The notes: generated by a model not told the origin, from the sequence alone. DNA of 64,000 nucleotides from Chitinophagales bacterium (GCA_026129525.1 JAHCHW010000003.1:20764-84763), one strand, 5' to 3'. Positions 39,530 to 49,282 are shown, numbered from the stretch's first letter. Translations and numbers: made by a program.

Positions 39530-39781
39530 AAAAACAATTTTGCGACTGCGAAGAAAGTAAAATACAGCATGCTGCACCAGCTAACTTAACATGTAGTATC
39601 CGATACAATAAACAACAGATGTAATTCGAAAGCTCCTTTTACATTCTCAATCGAAAGTACTTATCCGCGTTTAGAAGGTGATATGCGCTAAACCTTTTAT
39701 AAACTTAAACAAAGTTTGTTTCTATAGTGGTGAATAATGCTTTGCTTTCCGGGTAAGGACGAACTTTCGCTTTTTTATTTG

Positions 39782-39818
39782 AAATAAAAAAGGACAGGTG
39801 CTAAACCTGTCCTCTTTT
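39782..39818 (-). terminator. Rho-independent terminator
   Basis: AGGACAGGT-ttagc-ACCTGTCCT followed by ttttttt on the minus strand, about 20 nt after the stop at 39836. Confidence 0.7.
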
Positions 39819-39835
39819 ATAGTTATTGGAAAGTC

Positions 39836-41542
39836 TTACTCGGTTACAATAAACTTTTTAGTGTAAACCGAACCATCAATACTTAAATGAGCATAGTAAA
39901 TTCCTTTAGAAAGATTTTGGGTGCCGCCTATGTTTATCTCATGCATGCCCTCTTGTTGAAACTCTTCAGCAAGCGAAGCCACCATCTTTCCGGTAGCGTC
40001 AATAATCTCTGCTTTAACCATTGCATTATTTTCAAGCGTGTAAACAAGTTTACCGTTCGAATTCATAGGATTTGGAAATACCTGAAAATAAATTCCCTTT
40101 TGCGAATCGTCATTTATAGCGGTTGCTGCATCAAGCGGCTGCGATGTGTACATGTAGTAGAATAACTGCATTTCATCATTGGTGGTAAATCCGAAGGTTA
40201 CAAAGGGCTCGGTTACATTCCAAGTAGTGCGGGCTACCAAGCCGGCATTTACGTTTCCATGTTTCCCAAACTTAACTGGCAATAGATCGTCCCAGTAGCG
40301 AATTGCAGGGTGTTCCCAATCGTAATACCCTTTATCAAAATTGTTTTGATAATCATAAAAACCTTCGTAAATCTTATTGCTCATGTCTCCGGTTGTGTCC
40401 CGAACATAGATATCGTAGTCGGTGCCATACTTGTGTGCATGCGATGAAATCATCCAAAGATATTTCCATTGCTTGCTTTTATTATTGTCCTGGTCGTTGT
40501 AATCTCTTGTTTGAACTCCCTGCGGCAGAAACAATCCAATGTTGTTTACCAACTGCGATTTCATTTCAATCGTATTCGGATTACGCTGCTTGTAATAAAT
40601 ATTGAAATAAAAATCGCAAGGTAATACCGAAGTGGCGTTGTAGTTTTTGATATGGTAATTCATATCAAGGTATGCTTTCTTTTCCCAAAACAGTCCTGTA
40701 CCTGTTGGCAACACTAATTCTGCATCATCTTGCCATGCACCGGTAAGGTTTTTATCGCCATCAAATGAAGTAGCACCTCCTATTCCGGCAAATACCTTCT
40801 TCATACCAAAAGTGCCGTTGGTTCCACGAGCTGCTGCCGCAGAAGAATCAAAAAACTGAAACAACAAAAAGTGGTGCGATTGCTGGTTCATTATCCCCTC
40901 AATACGGTTAACTTCAGGAATTACCGGAAAATTAACCTCTTGCTGTAACATCCACTCTTGCTCAATTTCGCCCGATACGGGTAAGAAAACAGGTCCCATT
41001 CTTACTTGCAAACCTTGCCCTACAGCAGGTTTAGCGGGTTTAGGAAGAAAGGGCATAGTCGGATTATCATAATAATCGCTTACTAATTGCCAATCGGGTT
41101 TTGGCTCAGTAGAGGTATAGGTTTGTTTGGCACCGAACATTACCCACTGGCGTATAAACTCAATTTCCTTGTTGGTAAGTTGATTGCCGTTAATATCGAG
41201 CATCAAGTCTCCCTCAGTAGCTTCCAATCCTAAATCAGCATCAAAACCTGCTCCGGCAACTTTACGCAGCAAAAAGCTAAGGTAAGGATGCCCCGGACGA
41301 ATTTGTCTTTCGGATTTGCTTACCGAGGTGGCGTTTTGGGGCAACTTGTTATAAATAGCAGAATAAACGGCTGCTTCGTTACCATCAAACTTTAGCGCCT
41401 CGCTTGAAGTCGCACTGTGGCAATTCGTGTTTTGGCATTTTGTGTTCAAAGTTTGGTAAACCCGTTGGTAGGGGGTAAGTGTTTGTGCATGAATCGCTGC
41501 GGTAAACAAAATCATCACAATCAGGGTAGAAATTCTTTTCAT
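39836..41542 (-). CDS. Secreted PHM/DBH-like copper type II monooxygenase-domain protein with T9SS type-A sorting domain
   Basis: 568 aa with a signal peptide. SHHFLLFQF resembles the signature H-H-M-x2-F-x-C, SSHAHKYG resembles H-T-H-x2-G, and NDEMQLFYYMY resembles the Met-ligand region. C-terminal FQVFPNP...YTKKFIV is a Por_Secre_tail pattern. Confidence 0.55.
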   Translation of the reverse strand: MKRISTLIVMILFTAAIHAQTLTPYQRVYQTLNTKCQNTNCHSATSSEALKFDGNEAAVYSAIYNKLPQNATSVSKSERQIRPGHPYLSFLLRKVAGAGFDADLGLEATEGDLMLDINGNQLTNKEIEFIRQWVMFGAKQTYTSTEPKPDWQLVSDYYDNPTMPFLPKPAKPAVGQGLQVRMGPVFLPVSGEIEQEWMLQQEVNFPVIPEVNRIEGIMNQQSHHFLLFQFFDSSAAAARGTNGTFGMKKVFAGIGGATSFDGDKNLTGAWQDDAELVLPTGTGLFWEKKAYLDMNYHIKNYNATSVLPCDFYFNIYYKQRNPNTIEMKSQLVNNIGLFLPQGVQTRDYNDQDNNKSKQWKYLWMISSHAHKYGTDYDIYVRDTTGDMSNKIYEGFYDYQNNFDKGYYDWEHPAIRYWDDLLPVKFGKHGNVNAGLVARTTWNVTEPFVTFGFTTNDEMQLFYYMYTSQPLDAATAINDDSQKGIYFQVFPNPMNSNGKLVYTLENNAMVKAEIIDATGKMVASLAEEFQQEGMHEINIGGTQNLSKGIYYAHLSIDGSVYTKKFIVTE

Positions 41543-41716
41543 TGTCGGTTAAATTGATTTTTTCGCGTCCGAAGATAACTAAAATCATCATTGCCAATAC
41601 TTTTCAATAGTTTTTTCTGCACATGGCAAAATTATCATGGTTTGTAAGGGTCTGAAAATCACTTTTGGTTTTTTAGTGTACGTGGTTATATTTGCGCTCC
41701 CAAATTTTAAAGTAGC

Positions 41717-42025
41717 ATGTACGCAATTGTAGAAATCGCAGGGCAACAGTTTAAAGCTGAAGCCGGAAAGAAACTTTACGTTCACCGTTTAGAAGGCAAC
41801 GAGGGCGATAATGTATCGTTTGATAAAGTGCTTTTGACCGACAACGAAGGTTCGGTACAAGTAGGAACACCTACGGTAGCTGGCGTAAAAGTAAACGCTA
41901 AAATTCTTGCCCACCTTAAAGACGATAAGGTAAAAATCTTTAAAAAGAAAAGAAGAAAAACTTATAAGAAGACGCAAGGTCATCGTCAGTCGCTTACACA
42001 AATTGCAATTGAATCAATCGGATAA
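41717..42025 (+). CDS. rplU: 50S ribosomal protein L21
   Basis: 102 aa starting MYAIVEIAGQQFK, a canonical L21 start. Confidence 0.95.
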   Translation: MYAIVEIAGQQFKAEAGKKLYVHRLEGNEGDNVSFDKVLLTDNEGSVQVGTPTVAGVKVNAKILAHLKDDKVKIFKKKRRKTYKKTQGHRQSLTQIAIESIG

Positions 42026-42056
42026 TTGTTTAGTAAAAAGTAAAAGGAAATAAATC

Positions 42057-42320
42057 ATGGCTCACAAGAAAGGCGAAGGTAAAGTAAAGAACGGACGCGA
42101 ATCGCACAGCAAGCGCTTAGGAATAAAAATATTTGGCGGTGATACTGCCATCCCCGGCAATATTATTGTTCGCCAGCGCGGAACGGCTTACCATCCCGGC
42201 AAAGGAGTTGATATAGGTAAAGACCATACCATTTTCGCAGTAACTGAAGGTGTAGTAAAGTTTACCAAAGGTAAAAACGACAGAAGATTTGTTCATGTGT
42301 TGCCTGTAGCCGAAGCATAA
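42057..42320 (+). CDS. rpmA: 50S ribosomal protein L27
   Basis: 87 aa with MAHKKGEG...[10 protein letters not shown], canonical L27. Confidence 0.95.
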   Translation: MAHKKGEGKVKNGRESHSKRLGIKIFGGDTAIPGNIIVRQRGTAYHPGKGVDIGKDHTIFAVTEGVVKFTKGKNDRRFVHVLPVAEA

Positions 42321-42353
42321 TATTCAAACTATTAGTTTCAGGTAAAAATAGAT

Positions 42354-42390
42354 AAGAGGCTGTCTCAAAACTGAGCAGCCTCTTCTAATT
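42354..42390 (+). terminator. Terminator-like hairpin after rpmA
   Basis: AAGAGGCTG...CAGCCTCTT stem. The trailing T run is weak (ctaatt). Confidence 0.45.
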
Positions 42391-42942
42391 AATACATACC
42401 TGTTGAAAACGAATTATGAGGGCAACTATCCCAAACTGCTGCTCAAAGATGGGTTACGCGTATTTGACCAAATATTTATGCGAGCAGAAAAATAGAGGAT
42501 ATATTACAGTATAACATGCATTTCATGGATTAGGTGGCATTAACGAATCGGTTCATACCACCTTAACAGGTTTAGAGGAGATCGGCTCAAAGAAGTATTG
42601 AAGCATTGCTCACCTAGTGCTTAAATCATTCAACGGCAAGCCAAAGGTAATGGTCATTTTGGAATCTTACGGCTATCATCAGGTTCTACTTAATAAGCTA
42701 CATCTGCTTGTTTGCTTTTCTCAAGGATATCTTCGTAGCTTTTGAAAATTAACAGCTAAACTACTGCAACAGCCGCAACTGTTTCCTATTTGAGTTGATA
42801 GGGTTTTTACATATAGCTGAGATGTAAGTGGTTTCATAGGGATGCTGTGCAACTTATAGAGTTGCAGTTCTCATAGGGCAGTAGTGCATTCAAAATTACT
42901 ACCACCTTAGTACAACAGTCTACAGTTTAACCGATAAACTGT

Positions 42943-43062
42943 TTAATCTTCTTCGCCTGTAAGCGCTTGTAAGGCACGTATCAGCAAATCAATAGGCAGG
43001 CTGATAATGTTGAACAGCAGGAAAAAGATAAACGTAAGAACTACAGGAATGGCTTTAAACAT
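42943..43062 (-). CDS. Possible 39-aa hydrophobic peptide
   Basis: Hand-translated ATG...TAA ORF: MFKAIPVVLTFIFFLLFNIISLPIDLLIRALQALTGEED. One TM helix. It is below the ORF-track cutoff and has no other support. Confidence 0.25.
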   Translation of the reverse strand: MFKAIPVVLTFIFFLLFNIISLPIDLLIRALQALTGEED

Positions 43063-43177
43063 GTTGGTGGTGTATAATAACTGGTGTAAAAACTACTGAG
43101 AGCGCAAATGTAAATGCGCGGTGTTAATCTTGTATTAACAGATCGGTTAATTAACCATCTTTAACCGGCTTACTTCA

Positions 43178-43360
43178 AAAAAAATGCTGTTGGAGCAGGG
43201 GTCGAACCTGCACGAGGAGGTTAGCCGAAAAGCGAAAGAGAATGCCTACCCCTACAAAGCACTCTCTCCGCATTTTCGATTTATCCCTGGCTCCTCACCC
43301 CCGCGACAGGAGGGCATGGCTGCCTAATTTCATCACCCAACAATGTATTTCGTAGAACGA
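43178..43360 (-). ncRNA. Candidate structured small RNA (~180 nt) with tRNA-like T-arm/acceptor at its 3' end; identity unknown
   Basis: Preceded by its own promoter boxes. TGTTGGG (43336-43342) pairs with TCCAACA (43188-43194). There is a GCAGG-TTCGACC-CCTGC T-arm-like hairpin (43195-43211), an internal ~12-bp hairpin GGAGAGAGTGC/GCATTCTCTTTC, and GAGGAG/CTCCTC pairing. Ends in a run of 8 U. Confidence 0.4.
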
Positions 43361-43365
43361 TAGCG

Positions 43366-43396
43366 CAAATATAATGTCAGGTCTGTTTTGTTGCAA
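43366..43396 (-). promoter_or_regulatory. Bacteroidota-type promoter (TTG ... TAtaTTTG)
   Basis: On the minus strand, a TTG at 43396-43394 and TATATTTG at 43373-43366 with a 20-nt spacer. This matches the -33 TTTG / -7 TAnnTTTG architecture. Confidence 0.4.
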
Positions 43397-43482
43397 GTAA
43401 TTCAATAAAATTTCTAAAAATATTCATTTCGTTCAGTTTATTATTACTTTTGTTGAAATAAAATTAAAATTGAGTATCGAAT

Positions 43483-43962
43483 ATGGCTGCCGATTACCAA
43501 ATTGATAATCTGGATATACAAATCCTGAATATACTTATGGAAAATGCTTTTACCCCTTTTACCGAGATAGGTAAAAAACTGTATGTGTCTCCGGGGACTG
43601 TGCATGTGCGTATGAATAAAATGGAGAAGTTAGGCATTATTGAAAATCCACAGTTGCGGGTAAATCTGTCAAAGTTAGGTATGGATGTAACTGCATTCGT
43701 TGGAGTGTTTCTTGTAAAGAGCGATATGTATGAAAAGGTGGTTGAGAAGCTTAAAATGATAAATGAAGTAGTTACCTGCAACTATACCACAGGTAACTAT
43801 AGCCTTCTTATAAAAGTCATCTGTCGCGACACTCAACATTTGCGCGATGTGCTATACGAAAAAATTCAGAAAATAGACGGCATCAGCCGCACAGAAACGC
43901 TTATTAGTCTCGAAGATACTTTTAACCGACCTATTAAGTTGCAGGAGGTAGCGGTTAAGTAA
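43483..43962 (+). CDS. Lrp/AsnC-family transcriptional regulator
   Basis: 159 aa with LDNLDIQILNILMENAFTPFTEIGKKLYVSPGTVHVRMNKMEKLG (HTH) and a C-terminal RAM-like domain. Confidence 0.85.
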   Translation: MAADYQIDNLDIQILNILMENAFTPFTEIGKKLYVSPGTVHVRMNKMEKLGIIENPQLRVNLSKLGMDVTAFVGVFLVKSDMYEKVVEKLKMINEVVTCNYTTGNYSLLIKVICRDTQHLRDVLYEKIQKIDGISRTETLISLEDTFNRPIKLQEVAVK

Positions 43963-44053
43963 ACTTCAGTATTTGCAAAAAGATGCTAAAAGACACACGC
44001 TGTTGTTAAACCAAACGTTACTATAATGTGTCGTATAGTTAAATGCAACAGTT

Positions 44054-44431
44054 ATGAAGCGTGAAAATGAAAACGGAAAACCGTTAATGCGCCAATCGCA
44101 TGAACAATGGCTTAAAAATATTGAAATGCAAATGGACGATTTGCAGCAGGCCGATGCGAATGCCCGCTATCTGCAAATGTGTGTGCACGATTTGGCAGTG
44201 CAGAGCAACCTTAGTACGTTACGAAACAGATTGCTAATGCAAAAAAGTTTGTTGAGTTCGCTGGCATTTGAAGTAGCCAATAATTTGCGGTTGATAGTAA
44301 AGGCAAGCAACGTGATTACTATAGGCGATATAGTAACAGGAAATAAACTCCGCGACAGGGTGCTCAAAGCTGAGCAAGAAACATTACTGTTAAGAACCTC
44401 GGTTCATCAACTTCTCTCCAAAGCCTCATAA
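44054..44431 (+). CDS. Hypothetical helical protein
   Basis: 125-aa ORF, helical and charged. No motif recognised. Confidence 0.45.
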   Translation: MKRENENGKPLMRQSHEQWLKNIEMQMDDLQQADANARYLQMCVHDLAVQSNLSTLRNRLLMQKSLLSSLAFEVANNLRLIVKASNVITIGDIVTGNKLRDRVLKAEQETLLLRTSVHQLLSKAS

Positions 44432-44535
44432 TCTTGAGGTGTATAGTGTGTCCAAGCCCGCATTAAGCTATGCGGGCTTTTCTTTTTCAAACAATGGTTT
44501 GAATTTGTGAACTTCCCTTTTATGTTTGCTTCTGA

Positions 44536-45129
44536 ATGAAAGCGCAGGTTAAGAAAGCGGATTTGAAAAAAGCGGAAATACTAAAAGCTGCGGCAAAGGT
44601 ATTTCGCACCAAAGGCTACCATGCCACCCGCATACAAGATGTGGCTGAGGCGCTTGATATGCAGAAAGGTTCGCTTTACTACTACATTGAAACCAAAGAA
44701 GACCTGCTGAAAGGATTGGTGGAAGATATTTTAGAAAAGAGCGTGGAACTGCTCGGTAATATTCAGGATACTACCCATTCGCCATCTGAAAAAGTGAAAT
44801 TGTGCATTGAAAGCCACCTGCGGTTGTTTCATAATAATATTGACGCGTTTGGAGTATTCATTACAGAAGATCTGCACTTCATCAACAAAAATTCAGAGAA
44901 GGATATTTTTCTGTTGATGAAGAATTACGAAAAAGGATGGTTGAAAATTTTCGAAGAAGGCATACAAAGCGGAGAGTTCCGGAAAGAAGTAAACCATAAA
45001 ATGGCGGTGAAAGGAATACTGGGAATGCTCAACTGGAGTTACCGCTGGTATCATGTAAAGGAAGGCTACAGTATTGAGCAGGTAGCCGATATTTTTTCGG
45101 ATTTGATTTTGAACGGAGTAAAGAGATAA
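44536..45129 (+). CDS. TetR/AcrR-family transcriptional regulator
   Basis: 197 aa with an N-terminal HTH (ILKAAAKVFRTKGYHATRIQDVAEALDMQKGSLYYY). Confidence 0.85.
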   Translation: MKAQVKKADLKKAEILKAAAKVFRTKGYHATRIQDVAEALDMQKGSLYYYIETKEDLLKGLVEDILEKSVELLGNIQDTTHSPSEKVKLCIESHLRLFHNNIDAFGVFITEDLHFINKNSEKDIFLLMKNYEKGWLKIFEEGIQSGEFRKEVNHKMAVKGILGMLNWSYRWYHVKEGYSIEQVADIFSDLILNGVKR

Positions 45130-45137
45130 TGAGTACC

Positions 45138-45271
45138 GTCATTGCGAGGATGATTTCAACTTAAAATCAATTAGAACAATCTGACGAAGCAATCTTCCAA
45201 AGTGTATTTCACCAATACAAAAACAAGATTGCTTCGTCATTACGATTAACATTGGGATTCCTCGCAATGAC
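45138..45271. repeat. Nested inverted-repeat element
   Basis: Outer arms GTCATTGCGAGGA (45138-45150) and TCCTCGCAATGAC (45259-45271). Inner arms TGACGAAGCAATCTT (45182-45196) and AAGATTGCTTCGTCA (45225-45239). Confidence 0.7.
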
Positions 45272-45304
45272 AAAACAAAAACACAACAATTACAACATAA
45301 AACT

Positions 45305-46513
45305 ATGAGAGAAGCCTACATTTACGATTCAATACGTACTCCTCGCGGAAGAGGAAAAAAGACCGGATCGCTGTACGAAGTAAAACCCATTGACTTGCTC
45401 GCTACACTGTTCCGTGCCTTACACAAACGCAACGGTGAGTTCGATACTTCAAAAGTGGATGATGTGGTGCTCGGCTGCGTTACCCCTATTGGTGAGCAGG
45501 GAGGCGATATTGCCAAATTTGGTCATGCTATGGCAGGTTGGGATGAATCGGTTTCCGGTATGCAGATAAACCGGTTTTGCTCTTCGGGCTTGGAAGCCAT
45601 CAACCTTGCCGCCATGAAAGTGCGAAGCGGTTGGGAAGAATTGATAGTAGCCGGTGGTGTGGAAAGCATGAGCCGCAATCCTATGGGCAGCGATGGCGGT
45701 GCATGGTATTTAGACCCGCAGGTAAATTCAAAACTCGGTTTTATTCCGCAGGGAATTTCGGCTGATTTAATTGCTACGGTGGAAGGCTTCAGCAGAGAAA
45801 CTGTTGACACCTATGCGCTCAACTCACATCGCAAAGCTGCACATGCGCGCAAGAGCGGATACTTTAAAAATGCCGTTATTCCCGTGCTCGACCAAAATGG
45901 TTTAACCATTTTAGATACCGATGAAACCATCCGCGAAGATGCTTCGATAGAAGCGATGGCGAAGTTGGACCCATCGTTTGCCATGCCGGGCGAGTTTGGT
46001 TTTGATGCGGTGGCGATGTTGAAGTACACTTCGGTTGAAAAAATAAATCACGTGCATACACCCGGCAATTCATCGGGCATTGTAGATGGCGCGGCACTTA
46101 CCTTAGTTGGTTCGAAAGAAATAGGAGAGAAGTTGGGATTAAAACCGCGTGCGCGTATTGTAGCGGCTGCCGTTACTTCTACCGATCCTACTATTATGCT
46201 CACCGGTCCGGCTTTCTCTGCCCGCAAGGCATTGAAAGTGGCAGGCATGACCAACAAAGACATTGACCTTTGGGAAATGAATGAAGCCTTTGCTTCGGCA
46301 GTACTCAAATTTCAACGCGATATGAACATACCTGATGAAGTGTTGAATGTAAACGGAGGCGCTATTGCTATGGGGCACCCGCTGGGCGCCACCGGCTCTA
46401 TGTTGTTGGGAACTGTATTAGATGAATTGGAGCGCGCCAACAAATCAACCGGATTGATTACGCTTTGTGTAGGGGGAGGCATGGGGGTAGCAACTATCAT
46501 AGAGCGTGTGTAA
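45305..46513 (+). CDS. Acetyl-CoA C-acyltransferase (thiolase)
   Basis: 402 aa with the active-site Cys block [11 protein letters not shown] and C-terminal [17 protein letters not shown] and CVGGGMG motifs. Confidence 0.9.
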   Translation: MREAYIYDSIRTPRGRGKKTGSLYEVKPIDLLATLFRALHKRNGEFDTSKVDDVVLGCVTPIGEQGGDIAKFGHAMAGWDESVSGMQINRFCSSGLEAINLAAMKVRSGWEELIVAGGVESMSRNPMGSDGGAWYLDPQVNSKLGFIPQGISADLIATVEGFSRETVDTYALNSHRKAAHARKSGYFKNAVIPVLDQNGLTILDTDETIREDASIEAMAKLDPSFAMPGEFGFDAVAMLKYTSVEKINHVHTPGNSSGIVDGAALTLVGSKEIGEKLGLKPRARIVAAAVTSTDPTIMLTGPAFSARKALKVAGMTNKDIDLWEMNEAFASAVLKFQRDMNIPDEVLNVNGGAIAMGHPLGATGSMLLGTVLDELERANKSTGLITLCVGGGMGVATIIERV

Positions 46514-46564
46514 TAAATCCGAAATTCTAAGAACGAAATCCGAAACAAATTTCAATTGAAAAAT

Positions 46565-48691
46565 ATGGCAATACAGTATTCAAAAGACGCTGACAACATA
46601 GTAACCCTTACGTTGGATACACCCAACAAGTCGGCTAATATTTTAAACCTTGCTTTTGGCGAGGCATTTCGTGCAACGCTGAAAAGATTGCAAGAGGAAA
46701 AAGATTCCATCAGCGGCATTATCATCACTTCCAACAAAGAAACTTTTTTTGCCGGAGCGGATATTGATGAAATGTTCAGAGAAACTTCAGCCGAACATTT
46801 CTTTAACCGTGCCGAAGAGTTTAAAGCCGGATTACGCTACATCGAAACACAGGGTAAACCTGTAGTGGCTGCCATTAACGGAACAGCACTGGGTGCCGGT
46901 TTCGAAATTCCGCTGGCTTGTCATTATCGTATTGCTATTGATAATGCCAAAACACAAATAGGGTTGCCCGAAGTAACGCTCGGCTTGTTGCCCGGTGCAG
47001 GCGGAGTAACCCGCGTGGTGCGCTTGCTTGGTTTGCAACCTGCATTGACCTACTTAACCGAGGGTAAGAAAGTAAACCCTAAACAAGCCTTGGCTGACGG
47101 ACTTATTCACGAATTGGCGAAAGACAAAGAGGAGTTGTTAGCAAAAGCAAGAGCATGGGTTAAAGCAAACCCGAAAGCTATACAACCTTGGGATGATAAA
47201 GGCTACAAAATGCCCGGTGGCACACCACTTACGCCTAAGGTGGCATCGGTACTTCCCGTAGCGCCTGCCATGCTGGCAAAGAAAACTTACAACAACTATC
47301 CTGCTCCGCTCTCCATTATGAGCGCTGCGGTAGAGGGCGCCATGGTAGATTTTGACACAGCTACAAGAATTGAATCGCGATACTTTGCCGGATTAGCTAC
47401 GGGCAAAGTGGCGAAAAACATGATTAAAGTTTTCTGGCAGCAGTTGAATGCTATCAATGCCGGCAACTCGCGTCCTAAAACTGCGGTTAAAGGCGATTTT
47501 AAAAAAGTGGGCGTGCTGGGTGCAGGAATGATGGGCAGCGCCATTGCTTATTGTTCTGCAATTAGCGGTATTGAAACCGTGCTTAAAGATGTGAGCGATG
47601 AAGGAGCCGCTAAAGGAAAAGCCTATTCCGAAAATCTGTTGAAGAAGCGCGTAAGCAAAGGCAAAATGACCAAAGAGAAAGCGGAAGAGGTGTTGAACCG
47701 TATTCTTCCTACTTCAAAAGCAGAAGACTTGAAAGACTGCGATTTGATTATTGAAGCCGTATTTGAAAACCGCGAACTGAAAGCCAACGTTACCAAAGAA
47801 GCCGAAGCGCAAATGAACCCAACGGGAATTTTTGCTTCTAACACTTCCACTTTGCCAATAACCGGTTTGGCGGTAGCATCATCGCGCCCCGAAAATTTTA
47901 TCGGGCTGCACTTTTTTTCACCGGCTGATAAAATGCCTTTGGTGGAGATAATTGTTGGCGAAAAAACCAGCGATGAAACACTTGCCCGCGCTTTCGATTT
48001 TGTAAAAGCAATTAAGAAAACTCCGATTGTGGTAAACGATTCTCGCGGTTTTTACACCTCGCGTGTGTTTGCCACGTATGTGCTTGAGGGCATGGCATTG
48101 CTGCACGAAGGCAATAACGCCCGCGCTATTGAAGCAGCCGGATTACAAGCCGGAATGCCCGTAGGCCCATTGGCGCTTACCGATGAGGTTTCGCTTTCGC
48201 TGTTGGCACACATTCGCAAACAAACTATTGAAGATTTGAAAGCAGAAGGGAAGGAAGTGCCCCAACATTCTGCTTATGAAGTAGCCGAAAAAATGCTGAA
48301 CATAAAACGCGCAGGCAAAGCAGCCGGTGCAGGATTTTACGAATATCCGAAAGACGGCAAAAAACATTTGTGGAGCGGATTGAAAGATTTGTTTCCCGAG
48401 CAAAAGCAACTGCCACAAACTGATATGATAGAGCGAATGATGTTTATACAGTGTATTGAAACCGTTCGTTGTTTGGAAGAAAAAGTATTGCGCTCAGTAG
48501 AGGATGCCAACATTGGTTCCATTTTCGGTTGGGGCTTTGCACCGTTTAAAGGCGGCACTTTGCAATACATTAACGACTACGGTGTAAAATCATTTGTGTC
48601 CCGCGCCAAAGAGCTTTACGCTAAATACGGAGAGCGCTTTGCCGTGCCTGCACTACTGGAGCAGATGGCAAAGGAAGGGAAGGAGTTTTGA
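46565..48691 (+). CDS. Bifunctional enoyl-CoA hydratase / 3-hydroxyacyl-CoA dehydrogenase (FadB/FadJ-like)
   Basis: Start set at ATG 46565. Has an N-terminal crotonase fold (FFAGADI, AAINGTALGAGFE) and an NAD-binding GVLGAGMMG plus HFFSPA dehydrogenase blocks. Confidence 0.9.
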   Translation: MAIQYSKDADNIVTLTLDTPNKSANILNLAFGEAFRATLKRLQEEKDSISGIIITSNKETFFAGADIDEMFRETSAEHFFNRAEEFKAGLRYIETQGKPVVAAINGTALGAGFEIPLACHYRIAIDNAKTQIGLPEVTLGLLPGAGGVTRVVRLLGLQPALTYLTEGKKVNPKQALADGLIHELAKDKEELLAKARAWVKANPKAIQPWDDKGYKMPGGTPLTPKVASVLPVAPAMLAKKTYNNYPAPLSIMSAAVEGAMVDFDTATRIESRYFAGLATGKVAKNMIKVFWQQLNAINAGNSRPKTAVKGDFKKVGVLGAGMMGSAIAYCSAISGIETVLKDVSDEGAAKGKAYSENLLKKRVSKGKMTKEKAEEVLNRILPTSKAEDLKDCDLIIEAVFENRELKANVTKEAEAQMNPTGIFASNTSTLPITGLAVASSRPENFIGLHFFSPADKMPLVEIIVGEKTSDETLARAFDFVKAIKKTPIVVNDSRGFYTSRVFATYVLEGMALLHEGNNARAIEAAGLQAGMPVGPLALTDEVSLSLLAHIRKQTIEDLKAEGKEVPQHSAYEVAEKMLNIKRAGKAAGAGFYEYPKDGKKHLWSGLKDLFPEQKQLPQTDMIERMMFIQCIETVRCLEEKVLRSVEDANIGSIFGWGFAPFKGGTLQYINDYGVKSFVSRAKELYAKYGERFAVPALLEQMAKEGKEF

Positions 48692-48742
48692 TTCTACACT
48701 TTCGCAAGGAAGTATAACTTTGGCGCTTCAGAACTTCCTGAC

Positions 48743-49282
48743 ATGAATACCTACTCTACACCCATCAAATACGGCATCATTGGCGGTATTATAATGATTG
48801 CCATTATCCTGCTGCTTTACATTGTTGCTGTCGAGAAACTCGCTTCCTTTTTTACCATGGTGGTTTACCTGCCGCTTATCTTTTTAATGATATGGGGCGG
48901 CATTACTTACCGGAAAGAGATCGGCAGCTACAATACTTTCGGGCAGGCATTTATTACCGTGTTTATCATTTCGGTGATAGCCACTTTTTTGTTCGACACA
49001 TTCGGCTATCTTCTTTACACGGTTATTGACCCCGATTTGCCTATACTAATTAAAAAGAAAGCCATAGAAAATGCCACGTTGATGATGGAGAAATTTGGTA
49101 CGCCCGATGACAAAATGGAAGAAGCCCTGCAGCGAATGGAAGAGCAGGATTATGCACCCACTGTAAAAACTCAATTGATGCGTTATGCTTCATCGCTAGT
49201 CATTGGTGCTATTTTCTCTGCATTGGTTGCTTTGTTTGTAAGAAGAGGCGATAAAGCGCACGAAATTAAAACCGAAGCCTGA
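48743..49282 (+). CDS. DUF4199-like membrane protein
   Basis: 179 aa with four TM segments. Family name is from memory. Confidence 0.5.
   Translation: MNTYSTPIKYGIIGGIIMIAIILLLYIVAVEKLASFFTMVVYLPLIFLMIWGGITYRKEIGSYNTFGQAFITVFIISVIATFLFDTFGYLLYTVIDPDLPILIKKKAIENATLMMEKFGTPDDKMEEALQRMEEQDYAPTVKTQLMRYASSLVIGAIFSALVALFVRRGDKAHEIKTEA

Noticed and set aside
43188-43342. Possible tRNA or tmRNA gene (T-arm GGTTCGACC plus 7-bp acceptor-like stem)
   Set aside because: The paired ends are about 150 nt apart, with no D-arm or anticodon arm. There is no alanine-type G3:U70, no tag-peptide ORF, and no room for a ~350-nt tmRNA before the Lrp/AsnC gene. It is kept only as an unidentified ncRNA candidate.
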